A DNA stretch of 64,000 nt, from contig SMSO01000035.1 of the NCBI GenBank assembly GCA_004764695.1, forward strand, positions 1,488,001 to 1,552,000, in the 5' to 3' direction. Source of the DNA: Schizochytrium sp. TIO01. Taxonomy: Eukaryota > Protista > Bigyra: Labyrinthulomycetes. Position numbers and translations under genes: made by a program. The notes below the pieces were generated by a model. That model did not search any database, was not told the origin of the DNA, and saw only the letters and a list, made by a program, of their open reading frames with translations. Of the stretch, positions 1-10,248 are shown piece after piece; positions within the stretch are counted from its first letter, which is position 1, and each line of letters opens with the position of its first letter.

Positions 1-1707
1 CTACCTTAGGCACCTGCCTACCTACTCCTACCTACCATCTTTTCTTTTCCTGATGGATTCGCAATATGATGCAAACAACCATGAAGGAAGAGCATTCATT
101 CAGTCATTCTTTCTTTCTTTCTCTGTTCAGGTGGAAACGAGAGGAGCTTCGAAGGCTTTCTTTCCAACAGTAAATCGGCATGAGACGATACGAGTAGTAA
201 GCACTAGGCACCTGCTAAGTACTTCTTTTTCTGCGCCTTCTTCTTTTCGGCAACTAACCAATACTATTTTATAGACAGACAGACAGACAGACAGAGAGAT
301 ATCTTCTTTCGAACGAGAACCTCTGCTCTGAAACCTCGTCGAGCAGCATCCATCCATGAATTAATTCGTTCATGGTACCTAAGTGGGTAGGTAGGCAGGT
401 AGGTATGTATTCATTGCATTTCTGAATCCATTCCTTCGAGCCCTCCCTCTCTTCTCTTTATTCCACGCTCTTTGTTTGTTTATACTGACTGCTCAGGCCC
501 TTCCTGATGAGAGGTCTCATCGTTGGCTCTTCGTTTTATTTGATTTGCCTCAGCGACGATTCTTCTCACTCACCGTCGTGGATTCTATCAATTCTCTCTC
601 TCTCTCTCTTGGGAGGAGACGAAGTTGCAAAAGCCTCGTGCCGTCAAAAGATCGATGAATTCGGCGGTACTCACTATCTACGCTGTGGACCTTCTTGTGG
701 CTTGAAGGCGGAGGACGCACGTTTGGCAGGTAGGCACAGGCGCCTTCTTCTTCTTCTTCTTCTTCTTCTTCGTGGATTCTTCCATCGTTTCATGGCTGTC
801 TTCGATTTTGATTTCCAAGAGAAGAAAGATATTTTCAGGTCCCGAAGCCTTATTTGGTGGCTTCAACTGTTTAGGGTGACAGAGGTATCTTTAGAATGAG
901 CCCTAAACCAGCTTTGTCTTTTCTCTTTTTCTCTCTTTTTCCAATTGATCTTTAATTGATCTTTAATTAACTTTTAATTTTTAATTAATATTTATTTATT
1001 TTATATATATATATATTTATTTATTTATTAAAAAAACTATGGACTATGTGGGCTTAACGTCTTGCTAGCTACCCCTTGTACTCTCATGATGATGCGTGCA
1101 CGTTCCTTCTCTTCATTCGTTTTATGCTACGCTGTTATTGTGCTTTCTATTGAACTCAATTGCTTTGGCATGAGTCATTATTGTTCAAGCCAATAGAGTT
1201 TACCTCTATAGTTTTTTTAGAGTTGGCGTCGCCGCTTTCATGCAGCTGCAATAAACTTTGGAATCTGCCACGCAAATAGACATTCGATGGCTTAAATCTA
1301 TCTGCCTTTGAGTTAAGTATCATCTATTCCTGACAGCATCGAGCGTTTTCAAGATCTTTGGGCCCTTAAGAGCCATCGAAGCCGTCGGCAAATGGAGCTA
1401 CGTTTCATCTGTTTACAGTTGCGGAATTGCTGCGTGAATTGGGCGAACGTGGCCGATGCCGGCTCGGTCAGATCTGATTTGATGGCAAACATCAACAGAA
1501 ACCTTGAATGTCCCGGTCTTAGTCGAAGCAGGTTCTCGTTTGTGGCAATCAGGAACCAATAAATCAACCACACGCGTCGTAAAAGGCCTCGTTTGATTCT
1601 AACCCGAGTTGCTTTCTGTCGTATGATAGGACACTTCGAAGTTCTGCGCAAACATTTGCGTAGTCTGAGGATCATATCGTGCGAGCGCAAAAGCCATCAC
1701 ATAAGTG

Positions 1708-1733
1708 AAAAAAAAAAAAAAAAAAAAAAAAAA
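1708..1733 (+). repeat. poly(A) homopolymer (A26)
   Basis: Uninterrupted A run read directly from the sequence. Confidence 0.95.
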
Positions 1734-2476
1734 CCGCCTGAAAGGGAGACTTATAAGGATATCTGGATACAGTATATAAGACATTGGACATGTTTTTTTA
1801 TTGTTTTTTTATTAGTTGCCTTTAGTTTATCCTTTTTTTTAATCATTTGTTTTTAATAAACGAGGATTCAAAACTAGCTACCGTTTTTTCTTGAAAATCT
1901 AGGTCTTTTGTTCACTTTTTTTCGAAAGAATAGTTTGTTTTGTAATTGATATCATCCTGGACGAATCAAGGCCCTCCTTAGCAGTACTTCATAGTAAATA
2001 CCTATAGGCATTTGCATCTCCTTTTTATGCATGGCTTTCTTTATAATCTTCAATTTGAAACTTTGAAACTTGAAAACTTGAACTAAGTTTCAAGTCATTC
2101 TTGTTGCTGTTGATTCTTCCCTCCTTTTTCCCTTTGATAAAAATAAAAGAGCTGCTTTCTTTCTCTCTTTCTTATTTTAATCTGCTTCTATTATTTATGT
2201 ATTTATTTATATATTTACTCAGACTGAAGAAAGAATACACTATTTTATTAGTATTTTTATTATCAAAAGCATTCAAAGATGAGGAATTGATTATCATTAT
2301 TACGATGAAGGACGGAAGGCAGTCAGTCAGGCCCTCTTTCTTGATGGCCGGCCTCCTTAAGATTGGATCGTTGGTCGGATAAAGACGAAAGAGGAGATGA
2401 AGAAACAGTCGGAGCTCGAAATCTACGTCCATTTCTGCACCTGTCTAGAAAGAGAAAAAATTACAGTAGCAGTATT

Positions 2477-2581
<105 letters not shown>

Positions 2582-4173
2582 AAAGAAGAGAGAACTCGTG
2601 GCAAACTTGAAGAGACTTAAATTGTTGCGCTGACCGTTCCAATCTTCGTCGCGGATTCGTTCTTCGACAATGACGCGAACTCCGTTCAAAAGTTGAGCAG
2701 AAAGGACATTGGAACGGAAGGCCCTCCCCATTCAATCAATCAATCAATCAATCAATCAAATCCTTCGCTTCTTTGGGCGCCTCGCCTGCCTTCAACCCGA
2801 CGAGATCGGCATTGCGAGCGCCAACAACTAAATCACCGGACTTGAGCTTACGAAACTCCTCTCGAGCGACCAAACAAGCAGTCCGAACTCGAGATCGCCC
2901 GCTTTGTTTGAGCTTGCCCATTCACTCATTCATGAATTCATTCATTCGCGTACATCACGAACAAATAACTAACTTGGGCAGAACTGCATCGCATCTGAGA
3001 CATGTTGTGCTCTGCTGCGTCCGCCTTCGTTTGTACGTTCAGGAAAGCGGCCTCCGGAAAAGCAAAAAGATACTCCTGCGTTGGGAAAGATACTGCTGAT
3101 TCCTTGGCCATTCTTTGAGTACTACGAAGAAGCCTGAGACAGGGAATGAATGCACTCACTGCAGGTGGAGCCGCAAAACAGCGACCAGAAGAGCAGCAGG
3201 AACTGCGCCCAGAGCTACAAGGCTCGTTTGGGCGAGGGTTGGCATCGCTGTTGAAACTGAGCCCTGGCGGTGTAGTGGATAGCTCGGGTACCGGTACGCG
3301 AAGAAGCGGCTCGGGGAGGGGGATCACGGCAGAAAACCTACTCCAAGGAGGGAAACAGACGATCGGAAATGGTCAGGGAACAGAATCTGCGGGTTCTTCT
3401 CCACCTCGGCATTGGCTATGGTGCTGTCGCATGGGCTTGATTGAAGTAAACGCTCACCAGGGGAAACAAAGGGAGGTGAATAGTTTGGGTCGCTTCCTTA
3501 CAACATGAGATTGTTCTCAATTCTTAGGATTACGAGGTGAACCAACAGGAAGTCAACATGGCCTGCGAGTCTGTAACGATAGAGCTCCGATTGATACACA
3601 GAATGAGCTATATCGATGCAAGAAGAGTTTGAGTTAGTTAGTGGTACAGTTCGTCAAACGCAAATGCTACAATTCATAATAAGCAGAATTTATATGACTA
3701 AAATGCTTCGAGCACTGCTCTGATGTCAGGTCGCGAATGGAAGCGCATGCACGCCTTAAAGCAGACTGGTGTGGACAGAGTATATTTTAATAGAGCGCTG
3801 CATTTGAGCCTTGGTTGCAATACTTAATACAATAAATATGCGTGTAAAAAGCTGATTATATTGTTATTTCAAGTTCCAAAGAACACATAGTCTAAGTACA
3901 GTGCCAAGTCTGATTTTGATATGAAAGCAACAAATAAGGAGAAAGAAGCAACAAATATGTGATTTGACATGGTAAAGAGACATTGTCATGGTTCGAAAGC
4001 CTTCGAAACTGCTGGTTGAATTGTGAGATATTTCCTTTTTTGATATGTTTGGTTTTTTCGTAGGGGTAATCTTAAAATGATCACCTTATTTCCATTTCGT
4101 ATTTGAATGTGCTTGCAGTAGATACTTGAATGTTTGCAAATCTTTGTGTTTGCCTGAAGTCGCCATACAATAT

Positions 4174-5451
4174 TTACTCAATGTTAAGTTGCGCGTTGAT
4201 GCGCTTCTCAAGAGCATCATCGTCGTCATCGTCGTCATCGTCATCGTTGCCATCATCGCTGTTGAGATCCAAACCAGCAGAGGCCAAGAGCTCGTCATCA
4301 TCAAGCATGTCGAAGTTCTCATCCTCGTTCTCATTGAGGTCAAGGTCATCATCATTATGGCCCCAACCTTGCATAACGTCATCATCATCGTCGCCCTTAG
4401 CAGGTCCCTCAGGCAAGTTAGTAGCACCAATGTGGTCCTCACTTGTAGAGCGCTGGCCCTTAGTCGACCCAGCAGCACCAGTTGCACCAGAACCATCCCG
4501 GCTGTCGCTAGAGTTAGACACCTGATAGGCCTCCTTGATCAAAGAGACACGGTAGAAGTAGTTGCGCCAGAACTCCTCCTCAGTCACCTCTTTGGGTACA
4601 AGCTTAAAGCGCTGCTCACGCAGTTTAGAATCTGCGTCCATGACCGCGACAGCGTCAAGAGCGCGTGCTTGAAAGTCAAAGGAGAACTCCACAGCATCTG
4701 GTGGTGGCACCACAAAGGTCTTGTCGTCCTTTGAGAGCTCCATGATTCGGTCACGAATAGCATCTGCAAATTGGCGACTAGCGGGCTCTTCCCACGGAAG
4801 AACACCGTCGCTGGCACCCGACACATTCTCAGCAGCCTTTTGCATACGCTCCACAAGCTCTCTACGCTTAATATCCGCCGCTTCTGCAGCCTCCTTCATA
4901 TTCTGCGTAAATCGCTCCGTATACGAGTCAGTGTGCTCCTTGAGATGCTCCGCCTGCTTGGCCAAATCCTGCGCCTGTGTTTTGGCCTGCTCAGCCAGCT
5001 CTGCAGACTTACTTGAAAACCATCCCCACAACGACGCTGCCTCGTTCTTGACAGTATCCAAGTTCGCTCCTCCAAAAAGCCTCTCCTTAACTTCATCCTC
5101 GTCGTGGTGTAGCTGTACGTTCAAGACCTTGCCCTGGGGCACCTCCATCTCTAATGCTTCGGTGTCGCTTTCGCCAGTACTCTTTGATTTATCAGCCCCA
5201 CGAGATTCCTCTGCACCGGTGTCATCTTTGGATGCTGCTGTGTTCTCGTCAGCACTCTCGATGTCAACGCTTTCTGAGCCCTTCTCTGGAGCCGGCGCCG
5301 CCTCGCTCATGGCTGCTGTGGCTGCTGCTTCACTCGCGGCGTCTTCCTTGATAACATCAGCATCATCAGAGGTTTCCTCCACAGGAGCCGGCGCTGCTGG
5401 AGGCTCTGTCGCTGCGGCACTCCCCACTTCGGCGGCAGAAGAGTCGCTCAT
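4174..5451 (-). CDS. SYAP1: BSD-domain protein, synapse-associated protein 1 (SYAP1/Sap47)-like
   Basis: 425-aa ORF; LPWE...ELSKDDKTFVVPPP...FSFDF...LREQRFKLVPKEVTEEEFWRNYFYRVSLIK matches the SYAP1-type BSD domain; acidic low-complexity termini. Confidence 0.88.
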   Translation of the reverse strand: MSDSSAAEVGSAAATEPPAAPAPVEETSDDADVIKEDAASEAAATAAMSEAAPAPEKGSESVDIESADENTAASKDDTGAEESRGADKSKSTGESDTEALEMEVPQGKVLNVQLHHDEDEVKERLFGGANLDTVKNEAASLWGWFSSKSAELAEQAKTQAQDLAKQAEHLKEHTDSYTERFTQNMKEAAEAADIKRRELVERMQKAAENVSGASDGVLPWEEPASRQFADAIRDRIMELSKDDKTFVVPPPDAVEFSFDFQARALDAVAVMDADSKLREQRFKLVPKEVTEEEFWRNYFYRVSLIKEAYQVSNSSDSRDGSGATGAAGSTKGQRSTSEDHIGATNLPEGPAKGDDDDDVMQGWGHNDDDLDLNENEDENFDMLDDDELLASAGLDLNSDDGNDDDDDDDDDDALEKRINAQLNIE

Positions 5452-6663
5452 GGCGCTGCGAAGACCGACGACCTTGGTTTATTCCGGATCACGATGCTGC
5501 TGTTAATCGAGTGTAGCACGGTCTGCTCCAGTGCACTGGAACAGAACAAACGCGGGGTCTGCCCACAGGAAAGCTCCGCAGATCCAGTCGGGGTCTGCGA
5601 GATAAGCAATTAGGGTCTACTGCAGGTAGAGAGCGGTTTGCTCTCGCCAGATCAGTCTGTGTCTCTGGTAGAAGAACTTGAGCACAGTGGATTTGAAGAA
5701 AACTCTGTTTTCGCGTAACACTAGGAACCCATGGTGACAGTGGCTTATTTTGAGCATAGGTTGGTCCTAGGTGAGAGAACAAGATTGCCGTTCAGGCTTA
5801 AGTACTTGCTGAGCGTCACGGAGACGCAAATTGTAATCCAAAAGACGGAAATAACTTGGCATTAGGCGGCAAGCAGACGTAGAGAAACGAAGGACTAGGT
5901 ATCGGCGAGGTGATGGAGTCCACCATGATAAAGAGATTCGTATATTAAATTTAAAGAAATGCAACTAATGAGATTCTGGGGACAAATATCTATTTGGAAT
6001 AAATGAGGTAGCCGATAGAATTGAACTGAAAGTATCTAAGAAGAAGATATAGTATTGGGAATACAAGCGGAGTGGATTATAAGAGCCCAAGTAATGAGGT
6101 CTGCCAGCAGGTCAATACAAGTCCCCCGTGGAGATAAATACAGGAAGAGATGAGATTGTAAAATCAGTATTCGCAACTGCAAAGATTCAATCTAAAGAAA
6201 TTATAGGTGTTTTCTCTTTTTAATTTTAATTTAGCCATTTGCAAATGCAATGCACGGTTATAATTCACGATTATAATTTCATTTTATCAGGAAGCTGCGA
6301 GATGCTTAAATTAAGTATTATGGTAAATCGATGGAGAACTATTTTGCATATCCATACACAACATTATGTAATAGGATATCAAACCGCGGGAAAATCAAAG
6401 TGGAATTTTCACATGAGCAGTATGAAAACCTAGGCAAGGTTTTTTAGAAGAAGACATAACTTTCAAAGGACTATGACCGATAGGTAGTTGAAGATTGCCA
6501 TAAAAACTCATTTATATAAGTGAGAACGAAACGAAATCGAAACAATGAGATACACAAATATTCCTAAGTGTACTAGTAGTTTTTGTTAAGCTATTAATCG
6601 GTGGCATAGAATGAAGGTAAGCATAATGTGATGTTTCAGAATAGGGCTTGTGTGAAAACAGAA

Positions 6664-8058
6664 CTAACGGGCTTGAGATTTAGGTTTAATCTCGCTCTCG
6701 ATGGTGCGGTGGATCATAATCGTGGAGATGTTGGTGTTCGGGCAGCCCTGGGCACCGCGGCTCCAGTCATAGGACACCGCATATGCGTAGAGATTTCCAT
6801 TGGAGTTAAATCCAGAGGCAACGATCGGAGCAGGATCCCCATTCTGCATCTTGATGACAGAACCAGCCTTCAAGCGCTGCTTTGAATCCTTATCCCAAAA
6901 GTTCCACATACCATCGTTACCGGCTGTGGCAAAGGTACCAAACTGCTGGTGAAAAGACAAAGAATTGACTGTGAAGATTTGTTTGGTGTTCTTGTCGCGG
7001 TGACACTTAAAAGCAAAGATATCCCCGAAACGATTTTGCTGGAAGTACTGAATCGAACAACGACCCTCAATGCTCGCGATGGCAAAACCCGTGCAGTTAG
7101 GGAAGATTGCCACCGTACGGTATTGGCGTTTGAGTGGCTTGGTAAGCGCCGCACGGTTGTTTGTCATTCCAGCGGGCGGTGATTGCTCATTGAGCACGCG
7201 TTCTGGCATTTGGGGGTTGTTTTGCAAGTTGTAAATAACTACCTGCCGTTCCTCCTCAGTGCCGCCAGTGGCCACCACGCAGTAAGGGAATCGAATATCC
7301 ATACAATCGCACCGACCTGGCAACTGAAGATCTAGCGCAGGTTGTGGCGAATGAAGATCCCAATACCGGAGTTTCTTGTCCCATCCTGCAGTGGCTAGTA
7401 AATTCTTCTCTGGGATCCACCTCAGAGCCCGAATCGGAGCGTCGTGCTTGCCGACATCCTGCGCAGTCGGCTGCCCAAAGGTCCACATTTTGGCCATGTT
7501 GTCTGCCGTAGCGATGAAGCACCCAGATCCATCGTTCTTGAAGCACACATCGAGCACGGGAGCACCACATTCCACGGCAGCCTTGAACTGCGCCTGGAGC
7601 TGTGAGCCGTTGTCCATAATTTCATAGCAGCGAACCTTGGCGTCCCAGGAACCCAGCACGAGTAGATTAGAGCCTCCCACTGGGGACCATGCAAGGCAAG
7701 AGTAGCTGTCCGTTGCAGAGTTCTGGTCCCTTGGAATTTCAAAGTCATTGTTAGAGTTCATAACTTGGCCAAATGGCAACTGTTGAGCTTGGCCAAAGCC
7801 ACCGCCCTGAGCCTGCTGTTGAGGTGGTTGACCCTGTTGCTGCTGCTGTTGCTGACCGAAACCTCCCATTGATGCGCCGCCATTGCCGCCGAAGGAGAAG
7901 CCTCCGCCCGAGTTGTTGGTTGTTGATGAGGACGAGCCGAAGAGCCCGCCACCGCCACCGCTGCTTGATCCAAAGCCACCGCCACCGCTGCTTGATCCAA
8001 AGCCACCGCCGCCGCTGCTTGCGCCGAAGCTATTGGAGGAACCAAAACCGAAGGACAT
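6664..8058 (-). CDS. RAE1: mRNA export factor RAE1/Gle2 (WD40) with FG-repeat N-terminal extension
   Basis: First ATG at 8058 (MSFGFG; the track starts at a non-ATG codon at 8112). Motifs GSWD, GKHDAPI, TAGWDKKLRYWD, SIEGRC, FAFKCHR, GTFATAGNDG, WDKDSKQRLK and AYAVSYDWSRG are characteristic of Rae1 (the YDWS-G ending distinguishes it from Bub3). Confidence 0.92.
   Translation of the reverse strand: MSFGFGSSNSFGASSGGGGFGSSSGGGGFGSSSGGGGGLFGSSSSTTNNSGGGFSFGGNGGASMGGFGQQQQQQQGQPPQQQAQGGGFGQAQQLPFGQVMNSNNDFEIPRDQNSATDSYSCLAWSPVGGSNLLVLGSWDAKVRCYEIMDNGSQLQAQFKAAVECGAPVLDVCFKNDGSGCFIATADNMAKMWTFGQPTAQDVGKHDAPIRALRWIPEKNLLATAGWDKKLRYWDLHSPQPALDLQLPGRCDCMDIRFPYCVVATGGTEEERQVVIYNLQNNPQMPERVLNEQSPPAGMTNNRAALTKPLKRQYRTVAIFPNCTGFAIASIEGRCSIQYFQQNRFGDIFAFKCHRDKNTKQIFTVNSLSFHQQFGTFATAGNDGMWNFWDKDSKQRLKAGSVIKMQNGDPAPIVASGFNSNGNLYAYAVSYDWSRGAQGCPNTNISTIMIHRTIESEIKPKSQAR
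7948..8020. repeat. 27-bp coding tandem repeat (FGSSSGGGG) in the RAE1 N-terminus
   Basis: gccaccgccaccgctgcttgatccaaa repeated about 2.7 times. Confidence 0.85.
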
Positions 8059-8967
8059 CCTCACCCCAGAGAGGAGCTTCTGCTCGACAGCCAGGTGCTC
8101 GCCGATACGCACAAACCGATGCGCGGCGATGCCGATTTATTTGATCACTCGCAATCGATCTGGTTGTCAATGGTTCACTAATTTTGTTTCACTGTCTCAG
8201 AGCCAAATATTTCATAATAAGCTAGTTTGCTCTACTTGCAACTTAGTTTTGTCCACTTTTATACAATAGATCCTCAATGATAAACTGTAGAGTCTGTGGC
8301 TATCGATAAATTGAATACCTTGTACTAATTGAACTACTATAGAATATGGTAGTTAGAATACTGAGTTGGTACCGGTACTGGTTTTTGGCATAGGGAAAAA
8401 TACAATCTGGACTCGTAGGTTGGGAGCGAGATTTAGAAGTTGGATATAAAATCCATTGCAGCAAAGCGGACAGTATTGAATCCAAGTAGATTCGTCAATT
8501 TGACCATAGCATTTCTATTTTGTTTCACTTACTTGCTTCTTTCTTAATAAGTTGAAGACCAATGCAAGGGAATGCTTGGATGAAGGAGGGAGGCAATTGG
8601 AATACAGCTTTACTTTAATAAGCAGGGTGAGATTTTCTCCTCCACTTTGCAAGTACGAGGAAGAAGAAAAATCATCCGGGTCATAGTAGCCTTTCGAAGG
8701 GTCGATAATACATCGCTGAGAATGAGGCCAAGTCATTCTCAGCCGAGATTGTGCAAGAGTATACCATCTTTTTAGTTGCTTGAAACGACTATAAGCTTCA
8801 CGAATCTCACGAAATGTTTGCGAAAAAACAGTATATTACTTTCAATACACAAAGTGTATGTGTATTGTTCGTATTATGATTAAGTATAACCCAACTTTCC
8901 ATATACGCCTAATATGTAATGTTACAAAACTGTGGATAGTGCACGATGTTTAATTTTACAGCAAAAT

Positions 8968-9876
8968 TTATCTCGCAAGTAACACAAGGGATGTTCCAAA
9001 TTCCTTGGAAAGACGAGCTGCCTCAAAGAGAACGAACCAAGTATGCGCAACAGCATCGCTTAGCTCCAGTTCAGGGTCATCTTTGTACATTAAATAATCC
9101 TTTTCGGAACGATTCGCAATCCGAGCACATCGTATATGCAAGGATTCGAGGGATTCTGGGCTAATATCAAACCCACCGCCGCGCCTCACAGCACCACGTA
9201 AAGGCCTAAGTGAAATATTTAAGATGGGACACAGTTCTACAAGCTCTGACAAAAGTTGAACGCTTGATCCAACCCATCCACCAGGAGCAGTACCACTTTG
9301 ATCAAACACAGGAGCACCACAGTCCTGCACAGGTAGATATAAACCTTCAGATGCGTGACATAACAAGTGACTCTCACGACCTATATCATCTATTGACTGC
9401 ATTGCGAGCTCTACAAAGCTAGAAGTCTGATTTAGTGCCCCATCCTTGTCTTGCTGCTTAGAATGAACGAAGTCTTTCCAAGAGTGGCCGAGTAAAACAC
9501 ATGCATACAGTTCCTGGAGGTCTTGAAAGCTACCCGTTCCAATTATCATGTACTCACATCGAGATTTCGAGTTAATAATTACATCTTGTGGCTCCTCGAA
9601 GCCTGTTTTTTTGTTGTATTCTTTGCTTTCCATCCTTACTCCATATAAGTGCCGACCTCCTTCCTTTATCGACTCAAAAAGTTTATTATTATCCACATCA
9701 CCATACTTCCCTTCTCCCCATTCCTCTTCGTCATCAGAATGTAGGATTTCCCCTGCAAGTTTGATAGCCTCGAGCACCCTAAGGCGTAGATCGCGTTCCT
9801 TAAGCTGAGCCGCCAAGCAAACGAGCGTGCCACCAGTCGCCCCACCAAGAGGTGCGTATGGCACTAAGCCCGACAT
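8968..9876 (-). CDS. hypothetical protein (302 aa), C-terminal half resembling an uncharacterised bacterial family
   Basis: Long ATG-initiated ORF with globular composition; motifs SHLLCHASEGLYLP, PGGWVGSSVQLLSEL, WFVLFEAARLS. Confidence 0.8.
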   Translation of the reverse strand: MSGLVPYAPLGGATGGTLVCLAAQLKERDLRLRVLEAIKLAGEILHSDDEEEWGEGKYGDVDNNKLFESIKEGGRHLYGVRMESKEYNKKTGFEEPQDVIINSKSRCEYMIIGTGSFQDLQELYACVLLGHSWKDFVHSKQQDKDGALNQTSSFVELAMQSIDDIGRESHLLCHASEGLYLPVQDCGAPVFDQSGTAPGGWVGSSVQLLSELVELCPILNISLRPLRGAVRRGGGFDISPESLESLHIRCARIANRSEKDYLMYKDDPELELSDAVAHTWFVLFEAARLSKEFGTSLVLLAR

Positions 9877-10248
9877 TTACGTTCGAGCTTTACTGCAGCC
9901 GCCTCCGCAAAGTTGTCTTGTTCGTGGTTACAGCTTTGCCTTCGCAGTTATTAAGGTTCTTCGCCCTTACTTCTGGTCTCGTCTTAAGAACTTTATAAAT
10001 CGAACCGTTGACAGTATTGATAAAGAACAGTGTGTTATTAGAGAATGAGATAGGAAGAGAGACAATGAACAACACAGAAACCCCAAGCCAACTTTGCGTA
10101 GCGTGGCGTCAGGGTGATGAATGGAAAAGACTCGGGCAAGGAAAGTAGTAAGCACGACGAGATCAAGAAAACTTTCATGAAGTAAAGGAGAGCAAATAAA
10201 GAGCGGATATGAGGTGCTGAAGTGCGCGTTCACCAGGAGAATAAAAGT

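Noticed and set aside
503-520. CTGATGA followed by a stem, suggesting a hammerhead ribozyme
   Set aside because: It is a simple GATGAGA/TCTCATC inverted repeat with no GAAA core after the stem.
2773-3508. Cluster of 108-129 aa ORFs on both strands
   Set aside because: No recognisable motif and mutually overlapping frames; a real gene cannot be picked without expression data.
4086-5506. Long antisense and alternate-frame ORFs (202, 261 aa) over SYAP1
   Set aside because: Shadows of a low-complexity, codon-biased CDS.
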